A stretch of 64,000 nt of DNA, taken from positions 15,853,881-15,917,880 of the forward strand of contig NC_092678.1 of assembly GCF_964355755.1 (NCBI RefSeq). The letters run 5' to 3'. Position 1 is the first letter of the stretch. The number at the start of each line of letters is the position of its first letter. The notes beneath the pieces were generated by a model that was not told the DNA's origin, did no database searches, and saw only the letters and a program-made list of their open reading frames with translations. The position numbers and the translations under genes were made by a program. Of the stretch, positions 37,098-51,094 are shown in pieces. The DNA is from Antedon mediterranea. Lineage: Eukaryota > Animalia > Echinodermata.

Positions 37098-39518
37098 CTG
37101 AGATTAAACAATATTGGTCAATCAAATAAATGTCAATCTGCATAAAAAATGAGCATCAAAATTATTATATTTTAAAAATGTTAACAACTATTTCTTGTAG
37201 CAGATAATGATAATATATGGATAATTCATAGGAAAATAAGTTCCAGCCAAAGGTTTGCTTTATCATGCATAAAAATAGGATAAACAATTTTGAAATTCTA
37301 TGCTCAAAGGGACAATGTATATTTAAAGAGCAACTTGACCAATTGAGTTATTATGTAATGTCAATGTAAAGTTGAAACAACATTTGAATTTACCAGTCAA
37401 GATGTCAGCATCCTGTCGCATGTTGAATATTATAACATATTGACACCTGGAAAAATAGTTGATGGAGGAAATATTTAATAAAGAAAATAGGTATATTTAT
37501 AAATTACTGTAACAATTGTTTGTTTCGACAGTTATTTTATACTAACATTGTTCTTTAATATGAAGTACAAACACACATTTCATTGTTTGGAGTGTGTATT
37601 AAACTTTCTAAAGAGGTGGTTATGATTATTTACCTACCCTGTTTAATTCAATGTCTACCAGGTATGGCCTAACAACGCTGTACGATATTGTTTTGCTTCT
37701 TTTTTTTCACTGCCATGGTCTACAAAAGACTTGTAGGTCTTGAGATATCTACAGGCTTGAGGAAGATTGTTTTTTCTGATGTCATCTTGATTACAAAAAC
37801 TATAGATGCAACTGTACTTTCCTTTAAAAATAAATCAATTTTTAAATCTACAGTACTTCAGTTTTGTGTCCAAACAAATCCAAACAAGAGAGCTAATAGC
37901 CAAAATATTAAACCATTATTATGCTGTAAAAATGTATTAATATTAAGGCCTAGCCTAGGGCTGTGACTGTCACTCAGTCACACCAGCTAGCCTAAAAATG
38001 CACCAGGAAAGAAATAATTATTATTATAAACACATGCCATTAATTATTTGGTAACAGTTATAATGATTACATTTAGGATTAGGGTAATTAAAGGTTTAAC
38101 TATTACGAATTTTCTATGTTTCGGCCTAGCTTCATTCTAGGCCCACATTACTGTCACGGTCATCGCGGGCGTCAACGCACTTTCTAAACCTATCGCCAAA
38201 CCGTTTTCTCGCCGATAACAATAACAATGTATAAAAGGGTTGCAAAATATGCGAGTTTTACTAAAAACTGAACCAGGCTATATTAAAAAAACTAGTATTA
38301 TTTTGTTTATATAATAATGATGGACTATATTCTAGTTCGTTCTTTTTCTAAAAAAATGAATTATATCCACAAAAAAAGTAAAGAATACAATGATATTTTC
38401 TACTTACGATTGTTTACTATTTCATTACACAGTTTATCTCAACTTCCTGGTTTATGTGCGGGAGAGTATTTCAGTAAAATGGACAATATCGTCGTTTATT
38501 TATTAATTTATAGTAAAGAAACAATAAAATATTTATTTTTTAATTGAACATACACTTTTTTTAATCGTTTAGTTTTGTATAAAATGTTTTTACTACATAA
38601 AAACTCACGATAGCGAAATTTAATTTGGCGTTCGCGAAATAATGGTTTGTAAACAAAAATTATATGTCCGCGCGACTAGGGGGAGCCTCGTCTGCTAACA
38701 CTGAGGGTGCTTGACTTTTTCTGATATCTTAACACTAGTTGAAACAGCTGTGTATTATAATTGTATCAGAAAGTGTCCGATTACGTAACTTGTCCGTTTA
38801 ATGGAAGTATTTATATTAAATACAGGAATAACAATTATTTATTTTTATTATTGCGTGAGTGTGCTTTATGTGAGGTGTCCGTATAGCATGCAAGCCATTT
38901 TATAATTACCTATGAATTAAATTAATTTCAATTTAATTAGGTAAATAATAAATGGTTAGCGATTTCCGTTTATTAGGTGTCTAGTTTTAACTGTACAAGG
39001 AAAGTCAACACTAAATCTACTCTTACGCCAAAACCTGAATCTGCACACGCGCCAAAGCTTGGTGTTCACACACATGTGGGTGAAACATGGATAAAAACAA
39101 ACAAAACAGTCTACTACTATCAGGTAAATCAAATTTACAAATAACAAATGCCTATTGTCTTCTTCTTCACTTATGTAAAATTACATACATATTCACAATC
39201 TTCTGACTGAGTTCATGTTATTGTTTGAACTCAAAGTCAGACAATGTTTAGTATGTTATGTAGAAAGAAATGAAAATAATTGTATAAATTGTAACGAATT
39301 ACGATTTTCATTGAATTATGAAATGTTGATTTAAAAATTAGTCGGGTAGGTGTTGTTTATACTATGTTCTACAGAACTGACTAGTTTTTCTGTAGAAGAG
39401 AATTACGGTTGTTCAAGATAGAAATGATTGTATAATGGCGGAGAATTAAAATTTTTAATCCACACATTATAAGTTTTTTTTAAATCAGTCGGGCAATTGT
39501 TGTTACTATGTTCTACAG

Positions 39519-41887
39519 AAGAAAAGGGGATATGTGAAGGTAGTGTCACAATAAATGAATGTACCAATGCAATTAAAAAAATGAAATTAAATAAAACTCC
39601 CGGATGTGATGGCTTGACCGTTGAGTTTTATTTACATCTCTGGGATGACATTAAACACATTGTTTGTGACGCTCTAAATGCATGTTATTTTAACAATGAA
39701 ATGAGTTCTACACAGAAACGTGGTATTATAAGCCTATTATACAAAAAAGGTGATAAAAAATTGCTTGAAAACTGGCGTCCTATCACTTTATTAAATACAG
39801 ACTACAAAATTTTAACTCAAATTCTATGTATGAGACTTCATAAAGTAATTGAAAATGTAGTTGACAATGACCAAAAGGGGTACATTAAAGGACGATTCGC
39901 TGGAGAAAACGTCCGTCTAATTAATGATATTCTGTATGATACAGCAGAAGAACAAATCGAAGGAGCTATTCTATCCCTTGATTTTAGAAAAGCATTTGAT
40001 TCTGTAAATAGAGATTTTATGTTTAAGGTACTAAAAAAATTTAATTTTGGAGAATCCTTTTTAAAATGGGTAAATACAATTTATAGTAAATCTGAATGTG
40101 TTATTTTTAATAATGGTTGGATATCAGAAAGTTTTGAAATGGAATGCGGAATAAGACAGGGTTGCCCATTGTCGGCGTTACTCTTTATTTTAGTAGTAGA
40201 AATTATGGCGTGTAATATAAGAAAAGATAAATGCTATAAAGGAATATCTTTACCTAACAATGATAATGGTGAGGAAGTTCGCATTGCGCAGCTGGCAGAT
40301 GACACTGTACTCTTTGTGGGAAATGAAAAAAGTATAGAGATTGGTTTAAACATTGTTAATAAGTTTGGTAAAGTGTCTGGTATGACTTTAAATAAAAAAA
40401 AAACCAACGCTATATGGATTGGCAAAAATGTAAACAAAATTCAAAAACCATGCAGTCTAAATTGGGTTAATGAACCAATTAAGATTTTGGGTATTTATGT
40501 GGGATATAATGAGAACAAATGCAGTGAATTAAATTGGGATAGTAAGGTGGCAAACTTAGAAATGCTACTCAATAGATGGAAAGGAAGAAACCTAACCTGT
40601 TTTGGCAAAGTTACCATTTTAAAAAGTTTAGCTTTGTCTAAACTAACATACAATGCATGTATAATTGATGTACCAGATGATGTTATTTTTAAAATAAATA
40701 AATTTATATATAACTTTTTATGGAATGGAAAAACAGAAAAAATAAAAAGAAAAACTTTAATCGGTAAGATGATTAAAGGGGGCATAGGTATGCCTGATTT
40801 CGCATTACACATAAACTCTCTGAAAATGATATGGGCAAGAAAATTACTGTGTAGAAAACACGTAAGATGGAAAATCTTACCACTATACTATTTTAATAAA
40901 TTTGGAACCGAACAACTAATTTTAAGTATGTCAAATACCAATTTTCAAAATAACATGGGCTTAGATACTATACCATCTTTTTATTATAATGTTCTAAAGT
41001 GTTGTGTTGAATTTAATAATATGAATAATGAAGGTACAATTAACGAGTATGAAGAAGTGATAAAGCTAAACTTATGGGGTAACAATGATATTAAATATAG
41101 AAACAAACCACTATTCTTTAAGAACTGGATAGATGCAGGTTTTAATCAAATTGGAGATATAATTATTTTCAATCGTCTAATGAAACCTATAGAAATAATT
41201 AAACAATTACGTATTAAGAAAAACTGGATAGCTGAATATGTTTCTCTAACCAGAGCTATTCCAAAAGAGTGGTTAAGTATAATTAAACATAATATGCCAA
41301 ATATGAACCAATATATGAATGTGAATCTGGAATACAATATCAACAATATAATTAAGATGACAACAAAAGATGTTTATTCTAACTTTGTTAATAATGTTTT
41401 TATTCCCCCGAAAAGCATACTTAAATGGAATAACATATTTAATGAAGATATCAAGTGGTGTGATGTCTGGAAAAGAAAAGTGAAAAACGAAAAAATTAAG
41501 AAATTTGCCCAATTGAATTACAAATTACTAAATAGAGTTGTACCTACAAATCTAAAACTGTATAACTGGAAACTGAAAAATAATAACATATGTAACAATT
41601 GTGGAGTCATTGAAGACGAAAAACATATGTTTTATTACTGTAGACGTAATCAAATACTATGGGAAAAAATTGACAATATATTTAAAAAGCTAAATAACAG
41701 CAGTAGCTCGTTCAAAGAACTCCCGTTAGGAAGTAAATGTCAATTAAAAAACCAATTGTATTCAATAGCTGTGTACGTCATATACATAATTAAAATTAAA
41801 ACTGAACTTAAAAAACCTGTATGCCAGAATCCCTGGATTCAGTTTAAATATATTTTAAAAGATATGAATACACTAGGCATGTTGTAA
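39519..41887 (+). CDS. LINE ORF2 RT and C-terminal CCHC (N-terminally truncated, uninterrupted)
   Basis: KTPGCDG, NWRPITLLNTDYK, DFRKAFD, GIRQGCPLS, QLADD, GGIG, CNNC..HMFYYC. Confidence 0.9.
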
Positions 41888-42104
41888 CTTATAAGTGGCA
41901 TCCATTTTTGTATTTTAAGATGTACAGTTTTTGTATGCATATAATCAAACCACTATATGTATAAAGGTTAAAAGAGTAAAAATCAGAAAATAACAAAAAA
42001 AGTAGAAAACAGAAATTTAATGTATGAAAATGAAATGTGAACGAAATTTGTATGAAAGAATGAATAAAGGTGGTGGTTAACCACAAAAGAGAAAAAAAAA
42101 AAAA
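39519..42104 (+). mobile_element. L1/Tx1-type LINE, 5'-truncated
   Basis: 11-bp TSD ATGTTCTACAG (39508-39518, 42105-42115), AATAAA and poly-A tail; inserted in a ~145-bp tandem repeat. Confidence 0.93.
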
Positions 42105-42838
42105 ATGTTCTACAGTATTGACCATTTTTCTATAGAAAGAGAATCACGGTTGCTCAAGATAAAAACGATTGTGTAAAAGGGTGGAGAATTACGACTTTCA
42201 ATCAATTCTTACTTATATTTTTTTTTATATAAAAAGTAAAACAAGTTGAAGTACTTCAAAGCATACTCACGACTAGAACAGCTTGAAAACGGTACAACAA
42301 CCAACAAAATAATAACGCTAAAGATTAACATCTTGTTACGTAATTCCGTACTGATTCGTTGACGATTTTACGCAATTCCGTAAGTTCACTCACTCGTTAT
42401 TTCGCGAATTAACCTTACAATACATCCGTGATTCTTTCCAACGCATAACACTTGTTTTCGGTGGTCTTCATTAAATTATGATATTGCTTTTAGATAATTT
42501 ACAAAATTGATTAGATAAATCGTTTCACCAGGCCTATACTTAATAAATTATGAGTTTGTTACTGTTGATACAATAATTCTAAACTTTGTACGATATACGG
42601 TAACTAAGATCTGGTAGAAGCGTTGTAAATAAGATTTAGTTTATTTTTTTATTTTTTTTTCAGACAATAGATGGCAATATATGTATGTCGATATACAATT
42701 TTCCTTAACTGGTGACGTAGGTCAACACAGCATTGTATATACAGTTGCATTGGGATTGACAGGATTGTTATCCCAAAGTAATTAAAAGAAAGTAAATAAA
42801 GAGTTAAGTAACCATAATGTGACGAAATTCAGAGGCGA

Positions 42839-42945
42839 ATTCAATTGGAGGGGAAGACCAGCCGACCTGTAGACTTGCCCCAAGTCTGTATTCAATGGGA
42901 CGGGAGGACCGGCCAACCTGTAGACTTGCCCCAAGTCTGTATTCA
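42839..42945. repeat. ~52-bp direct tandem repeat, two copies
   Basis: ATTCAA..GACC.GCC.ACCTGTAGACTTGCCCCAAGTCTGT twice. Confidence 0.85.
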
Positions 42946-44394
42946 TTGTCTTTTTTTTCTTTATTTCAATACGCTTATTATCATTATTTATACTCGTATA
43001 CCATTTATGTTTACAAAAAATATTAGTTGTTGTTTATTATTACAATCTTTAATCTATACTATATATAATGTATATATAGTATATACTATATATATACATT
43101 AATTATAATTTATGTATACATTTTTTTTTTTCATTTACCAATATCGGTATTTAGTTCATTTATAATTATCATTAAACTATTGAAATATAATTTAAATAAT
43201 TTTGATAAAGAAGATGTTAGTTATGTTATTATACTGTAATTTGTTATCCTAAATTATATAATTATATATTCTAGGTTATTTTAATTTTTTTAGTAATGTG
43301 TTTTGTTGTGGGTCCCTACGAGACAAGTTGTTAACATCTAGAAGGGATCCATGATAATAATGACTAACAATTACTGCTTTATCTATGTTCACTTTAATAT
43401 CTTTTTTCTATTTTGTATATATTCATTCATTATTATCTAAATAAATATTATCTGAATTATCTGAATTTTATTTCGATTTTTCTCTAAAAATAGTATACAA
43501 GCGCAAGTACTATACGTATGAAACGCCATATGTGCCAAAATATTAATGTTTTTACTAATATTAAAACAAACCTCCCTCTGGATCCCAGACTAGCTGGCCT
43601 GGTGCGTCTTATAAACGTGTGCCGCTGATACAAAAGCGTTTGTTAAATAAAGTTTGCTTTACTGTTCAATCTCTACTAAACTCACCTGAAAAAATCACTT
43701 CCGATCGTGTTGTAAACGTTTAATTGAATTGTCAGATATATCCTTTGATTAATTATTTATTTGTTTACAAACCGTTGAGAGAAGTTAATTGATTGTATTC
43801 GAGTCCATCTGTTAAAGCCTCCCTTTTGCCATTAGTTGTTACACACAATGTATATATACATTAACGTATTTCATCGTCATATTTATGTTCAAAGAATTAA
43901 TAATTATTAATTCTTTTTATCTGCTTCAGAAAAAATATCTATGTTTAAGCAGAAATAGTATCTGTTTATTTTTTTTATGATACACACACACACACCCACA
44001 CCCATCGTTATTGTTTATTTGCATGTATGTTGAATTGATAAACCAAATTATTTCAATACTAACAATTCACTCCTTTTTTTGGATACATTTGGTGAATAAA
44101 TTGTTGATAAATGAATCAAAATAACTTCAAATTATTTTGATGTTTTTTTTCTCAACATAGCCGTTTTTCTCTGTCTCGTATCTTGTTCATAATTCCCCTT
44201 CCATTCAACAACCTCTCATTCAACAAAACATATTTATATGCACACTTTCCTCCAATCAGTAACTCATACTGTCTTAACTCTTATACCATCACTCTACCTT
44301 ATTACCAGACAATTATAACAGAAGAAAAAACTTATTATATTTTCACACCATTGATTTATTTAAATCTAAGTGTAATAAATGTTGACATACAGTA

Positions 44395-44536
44395 AACTGT
44401 GGTTCCCACTAGAGACGCAATGCAATGACATATACACAGCGCAAGTGAGTTGACAACACGACACAAAATCCATCGCTTGTGATTGGTTACTAACGTTGCG
44501 CTCTGTGCATTGTGTCTCTCTAGTGGAACCAAGCAT
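44395..44536. mobile_element. Short palindromic MITE, PIF/Harbinger-like
   Basis: GGTTCCCACTAGAGACGCAA ... TTGTGTCTCTCTAGTGGAACC; related hairpin element at 54925-55075. Confidence 0.55.
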
Positions 44537-44731
44537 TAGTAATATATCAAGCATGCAGTAATATTATTTTCACAGAATCTTTACCAGACTATACATTGAT
44601 ACGGCACATACAATTAATCGCTACATGATAAAGCAAACAACGTTACAGATCGGGGTTAGTGAAATCTGTCATTATAAGGGTTGTATTTTTGTCCATTATA
44701 ATTGTGTCCGTTGTGGACAGGAAACCCCCTA

Positions 44732-45143
44732 CCGTGAATCTTCTAATTGTTACCCTGGTTTATTATTCTTTGATTGTTTTTTAGGGTGGGTTACGATTAG
44801 AGTAGTGGGTTATTATTACTAATCTTAAATTAGGCACAGGAAAATAGTAAACCACCCCCAACTTTTCCGGTCAGCAAATAGCAAAATAATAAAACAGTAC
44901 AAATAAACAAATTTGGTTGAACTCTAACTTTATTTTATAAACTCAAAAACTCTCAATCCTCCCCCACTCCCGAGATCAACGTGCATTATCTACTTATTTT
45001 CAAAATACGGCTGCATCATAAATTGTTGTGACTCTAATTATAGCAACTCCCATGGGTTACTATTAGAGTAGTGGGTAACTATTCTAGATTGACTTATAAG
45101 GTGGGTTGCTATTAGAAGGGGGTTACTATTAGGAGATTTACGG
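44732..45143. mobile_element. Tc1/pogo-like MITE
   Basis: TA|CCGTGAATCTTCTAATTGTTACC ... GGTTACTATTAGGAGATTTACGG|TA. Confidence 0.65.
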
Positions 45144-46179
45144 TATATGAACAAATAATGTCATTTACTCTCATGATGACGCTATACTAATAATGGACAG
45201 GTTCACCAACACTATGGAAATTATATATTATTACATTAAATAAACAACTTGTATGGTACATTTATAACAATAAGATTCACAACAAGGCCAAATGAATAAA
45301 TACATTTTTTAAAGTGGTTTGTTCTAAGGTAATAATTAGATGAGAATAAACGCGGCTTCTCTCATAGTGGATCGACCGCAATGTACACGGTAAGTAAGTA
45401 CCGTTTGTCTATTCGTCATATCCGATATATGTTGGTACCAACAACGTTAAACAAACGATAGAGGTCATATGTCAATTATCACTAAATTACTGTTATAAAA
45501 TTCCACTATAATAATATATATCGCAGCAGTCAAACAAATCTTGAACCATGATTCTGTTCATGTTAACACATTCGTTATATGCCTACAGTATTACCAATTA
45601 AGATGTTAACATTAACACTTATTTAGCGTTATCAATTTCTATATATTATAAGAACAAAATCAGCGGTTCTTCATATACTTTCATAACAGTAGTTGAAATA
45701 AAAGTCTTTAATTGATTTTTAAATTGTTAATTTAAATGTTTATATAGATTATAGTAATCCATGTTAATGTCACTTGGCAAATTGCAACGGAAAAGCAACG
45801 GAAAACGAGCGGTCAGCAAATGTCTTCGCATAACATCCGTTGCACTGCCAAACCATGGAGGTAAAAACACTATAGGCCTAAAGTAGCCTTAAAGAAGCCC
45901 CGATGATCCCAGCTGGCTTTATTTCGATGGGCTTCTTTTAACACTTTTTTTCAAACTAAGAAGCGGCTTCTTTTCGAGGTGTTCTTTCTTCGATGTGCGC
46001 TACTTTTTGAGATTGTAAGTGCCAAATCCAAGCTAGATATACTATGCTTGTGTTCACTGAAGGGTGTCAAGTGAACAGGTGACCAACCATATGGGTTATG
46101 CTAATGAGGGCATAGCTTGCTTGGGCTGTGGCTGGCAGTTGGATAGTTAGTCTTGTTGGGTAAGGACCTAGCAAGCACA

Positions 46180-46318
46180 CAAGGCTTACTTAGAAGCCTA
46201 TAGAAGTGATAGATGTACCAAGGCTTACTTAGAAGCCTATAGAAGTGGTAGATATACCAAGGCTTACTTAGAAGCCTATAGAAGTGGTAGATGTACCAAG
46301 GCTTACTTAGAAGCCTAA
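46180..46318. repeat. 39-bp minisatellite, ~3.5 units
   Basis: CAAGGCTTACTTAGAAGCCTATAGAAGTGGTAGATGTAC repeated. Confidence 0.9.
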
Positions 46319-47414
46319 AGCTGTAGTACAGTAGTAATTGATATAGTGTATAGCTATAGCTGCACATGTTATCCAGGCATATCTTTGGTAAGCAATTGAG
46401 ACTTATCTTATTATTATTCTTATAGTTGTAATTATTTTAAACAAAGAATTATTTATATTGTATTGTTTGATCTATGACTTATTTAGATACTTATGTAAGG
46501 TCTATTATTATTGTATAGAATTATTTATGCTGTACTGTATGATAGATACCGTATATATTATTTTGTAATCATTATTTATTTGTTATAGTAAATCGGATCA
46601 AGTCGGAGAACAATTAAATTCCGCATTTGCAAGAAACTTGTTTGTGCAGTTATAGAGATATTACGGTATATCATAAAAACGGAGAGTAGCCCACATCAGC
46701 TATTTAAATTCGTTTTACTTTGAAAAGAAATTTCATCAGTGGGGATTGAAATGCTGAACAAAAATTATTGTTTTACATGGAGTTAATTAATATTTTATTA
46801 AATAATGTATATGGCCTATGAAATGTTTACATTAATAACTTTATCTTTTAATAATTACTTAAACGCGATCATTAACTATAATAATAATAATAACACATAG
46901 AATATACCGGTACTCTATCTATCAAATCTTACATAATACTAATACAATACACCAAACCAAAGATAGTGTAGTTTGAAGACATCACACTTCCCATTCGATC
47001 AATGAAAATAAACGCGAGACACTAATGGAACTCAATTTCAAGGGCGCCTCGAACGTCGAGTAGGGACGGAAAAGTATTCTATAGTAAATAATGCTATATA
47101 ACAATAGAATAATGATTGTAAAATTAAGATTTAGTATGAAATAACATATAAAATGTAATTTTATCTTTACAAAAAGTGAAAATTAATCATATTTTTATGA
47201 TTTGGAATAAATTATTTTTTCCTCCATGGTCAAAGTATGTTTATGATATAAAAATATATGTAAATAGAATATTAGTAGAAATGTATGTTGAAAATATATT
47301 ATGTATTTTTTTTTGTTAGTTCGAACAAAATTATGTAATTAATTGAAAAATAAATAATGCATTTAGTTGAAAAATAAATTATGAATTAAAAAAAAGAATA
47401 AAAAAGGTAAATAA

Positions 47415-47445
<31 letters not shown>

Positions 47446-48114
47446 TATATTAATTAATTTCAAAATTCAATTATTTTTGCCATATTGTGTTGTTATAGAT
47501 AATAATAAGTAGGCCTATTTACCGTATATTTAAAACAAATATGTTGTCGGTTGAGTTAATTTTGATCTTGTGCCCATTAATTTCCAAGTTGATGTGCAAA
47601 ACAAATTATGTGATTGTGCACATATCACATTATATTGAAGTAATAACATGTGCATTGTTTGAAGAAAAGGAATGTCTGTACAGGGATTGTTTGCAAAATG
47701 TCTAAAATGTATCAATAATATCGATAACATTGCTATTTATATATTGAAATAAGGTAATATTATATATAATTATAATACTTCAAATTTAATGCTAATAAAT
47801 GCAAATATTTATCTATAACACTTAAAAAAAGGCCTGTGCTTTTCAATTATAATTTGAATGGACATGAACTTTTATCTTTATACAAAATTATATTATACGT
47901 CCTCACCTTGAATATTGTTCCGTAAAATGTTTTTTTTTATATAATATTTTAAATTCTAAATATGAATGTTCATTAATTTTACTATTAATAGTTTAAATGT
48001 CCCTGGGCATTCATTGCATATTCCTTTTAGCCGTGTCGACTGTACCAGGAGGGGAATTTTTCATAGACAACCATATACATTTAATAATCTAAATTGCAAC
48101 TATATTGATATTTT

Positions 48115-48462
48115 CGGCCATACTGCCATATACTGCGTTGAAACACCGGTTCTCGTCAGATCACCGAAGTTAAGCAACGTTGGGCCCGGTTGCGTTCTGC
48201 AGGGGAGACCGTCTAGAAATCGTGGCGGGTGCTGTATATACTGGAGAGTGATGGTGTAATGGTAATATCGGACTAGCATGTGATAGGCATGGGTTCGAGA
48301 GGTTATCTGTACCATACTAATTGCATCCTTAGGCAAGATGCTTTACTCTCATTGCCTAATCTGGTAGGCGCTGCACTGCTGGCTGCCGTGGGTCTGTGGA
48401 GGGCCTAATCCGAATTTCCTCACTGACGACAAATATTAATACAAAATACAAAATACAAAAAA
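48115..48462 (+). mobile_element. Composite SINE: 5S rRNA head + tRNA-like region + core + (ATACAAA)n tail
   Basis: 48115-48236 is a degenerate 5S rRNA (ACACCGGTTCTCGTCAGATCACCGAAGTTAAGCAACG); then TGGTGTAATGGT (A box) and GGTTCGAG (B box), CCTTAGGCAAG core motif and a repeat tail. Confidence 0.8.
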
Positions 48463-48593
48463 TATTTTTAATGATATGCTTGGTTATAATTATATAAGAG
48501 GAGGAAGATTATGTGTTCACTTCTTGAACAGTCTGCATAGCCTACAATCAATATAAATTTTAAATTAAAATTGTTTATGGCATGTTGATCTAT

Positions 48594-48596
<3 letters not shown>

Positions 48597-48656
<60 letters not shown>

Positions 48657-48673
48657 TTAATGTTCTTTGCCTG

Positions 48674-48707
<34 letters not shown>
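48597..48707. repeat. (TA)n microsatellites
   Basis: Two TA runs; others at ~47418-47443 and ~52846-52896. Confidence 0.95.
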
Positions 48708-48711
<4 letters not shown>

Positions 48712-51094
48712 AAAGTATATATAATAAAGTCTATCTGAAGATCGTTTAACGTGAAACACCGTGTAATAGACGCCCGTGTTCTATCTAATTCATAAATATA
48801 TATATATATATAAACCTAGATCAATCCATGCCATTTTTTCAACAAAAAAAATGTAAACTTTTTAAAATACGTTGAGAAAACATGCGCAGAACACATTAAG
48901 TGAATCTGTGCATTTCAATTATGATATAGTAATCAGTTATTTAAAAAAATATAAGGGCCCCATTTTTCGGAAATTTCCCTGTATAATAGGCCTACATGAA
49001 TTTGTGTTGGAAAATGACGTTTTAAAATGATGTTTTGAGGTAACATGCGCAGACCACAATATCTGATTCTTTGCATGCCAAAAAATAAATAATGGCTATT
49101 CTCTTTACGTTACGTGTTTTAAGAAGAGAATTTATATCTCATCGTATGCCGTGCGTTTTTATACAAATAGGATTGTGCAGGTGTAGTGGGACGACTGGTG
49201 GTTCATTCGTGGTCAACACACCAAACTTTCTACCAATCTCGCATTAACATTCCCATTTATGTTTGTGCCTCTTTGATTCAGAACATGGCTTAATTGGGGG
49301 CCTAGGCCTAGTATTTATGATAATTATTCGCGTCTACAGCCGCATTGACATAAACAGAATAACCACAGTCCTTAATTACATGGACAAAATGTGGTTAATA
49401 TTGATACCAAGTCGATCACTGTGGTTTTATCCGTCACATTTAAGCTTCGTGCGTCAACAGAAGCACATGCCATTCGCAGTAACAGTTGTTTAAAAAAAAG
49501 TCATAGATGTAAAAAAAGACGACCAAAAATACGCATCATATACCGAAAAAAAAAAGACAAATTAAAACAAAATATAAGGTGTTATGGTATTATTGAGTTA
49601 TAAATGATTCTAATAATAAAACTGTTTGTAAATTGATATGTAAATGTAAATGGGGGAATAACCTGCAACTGAATTGAGACACAGGTGTGGACGACACATA
49701 CCACAATTTTCTACTCCCATAAGGGTCACTCCGTGTCGAGTGCTGACAGCACACAGCGCCCGTTCGTCTGTCCACAATGACAGAGGCTGAATGTGTTTGT
49801 TTTTAAGTTATATTAAATTCGTATTAATATAAAAATAGGCAGCATTCATTCATATACCAATTTAAAAAAAAAAGTAATGCGTCGAATTAATGTTTTTTTA
49901 ACACTGATTTTTTAAAATTTGAGTTATAAGGTCCAGCGCTTTGCTGAGGTTGTAAGAAATACAATATAATATAAATATTTTTTACATTGAATATGAAAAC
50001 AACTTGATACATTTGTATAGTTGTTTAAACTGTCTTGCTTCTTTATATTAGCGCGCGTCGTAATTTCTATTTGTCCCAATCGGCCAACAGACAGCTGGAC
50101 TTCAGTGCAAATGATACAGCTGCATATGTCATGTGATTGTTAGAGATGAATAACGTCGCTGCTGCCGTGGTTTACCGTATTCACACATGCATATAAACGT
50201 ATGTCTATTTTTTGTGGGTGTATGTATAATATGCATCGCTATAATAATGTATTTATCTGGTCCTCGAGCTTATAACTGGAAACTGAGGAAATTTGGATTA
50301 TGCCCTCTATGGCAGCAAAACAGTGCAGCGCCTACCACATCAGCGCACCGAGAGACGATTCCTACTATTTTTGAATAGGTGTAGTTATAGGCATGTGTTT
50401 TTATTTTTGAACTACTACGATATAATATCAACCAGTCTCCAAATATCTTGCATTATAATCGGTGCGGTTGACGATGAGGTACAATTTCGATGACGTAAGT
50501 ATACGTATTTATTACTTTAACATTCTTAGTTGTTGAACAAGTTGTTGTTGAATCGGTTTTTAAAATCCCTCAGTTCTATATTTAGTACAACCCTCAAGGA
50601 AGATTCATTGGCTATTATACAATCGTGAATGGCAGTTGCGTTGTTAACCTGTTATATAATATATAAAACAACAATTTATATTTAGATGTACGGGTAGTTT
50701 GCTATATAACTTTAACATAAAAGAACAGAAACGTCACTATTATTTGTCATTACATTTTATTTAAGAAATAATATTCATAAAAATCCCAGAAGATTACTAT
50801 AAATTATTGGGGCCTATTTTGCTATAACAACGTGTTCTAATTGCTCCATGGTAGCCATTCTTCTACATTACTTTGTTCTCACAACACGTTCCTGGATGCT
50901 TGTCAAAGCCGTGAACATGTATCTGAAGTTTTTTTTAGTATTCTAAGACGAAGTATGTTTTGTCGGTCTTCGTTAGGTGGGGTGAGTTTTACTGGATCTA
51001 GCTTTCGTCGATGTATGCATTTATGCATTTAAAATATAAATGATATTACACAATCAATCACAGGTAAAGTGTCCGCTATAACATGTTTTATAGT

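Noticed and set aside
46180-46318. 39-bp hairpin-containing repeats and ORF 46101-46367 as a CRISPR array or repeat protein
   Set aside because: The 'spacers' are near-identical, so this is a simple minisatellite; the ORF only reflects a unit length divisible by 3.
48115-48236. Functional 5S rRNA gene
   Set aside because: Box C region and ends are degenerate, there is no oligo-T terminator, and it runs into a SINE body.
49699-49780. Possible first exon (MGVENC, phase 1, gtatgt donor) of the minus-strand gene
   Set aside because: Too short, no signal peptide and 17 kb from the CUB exon; cannot be supported without transcripts.
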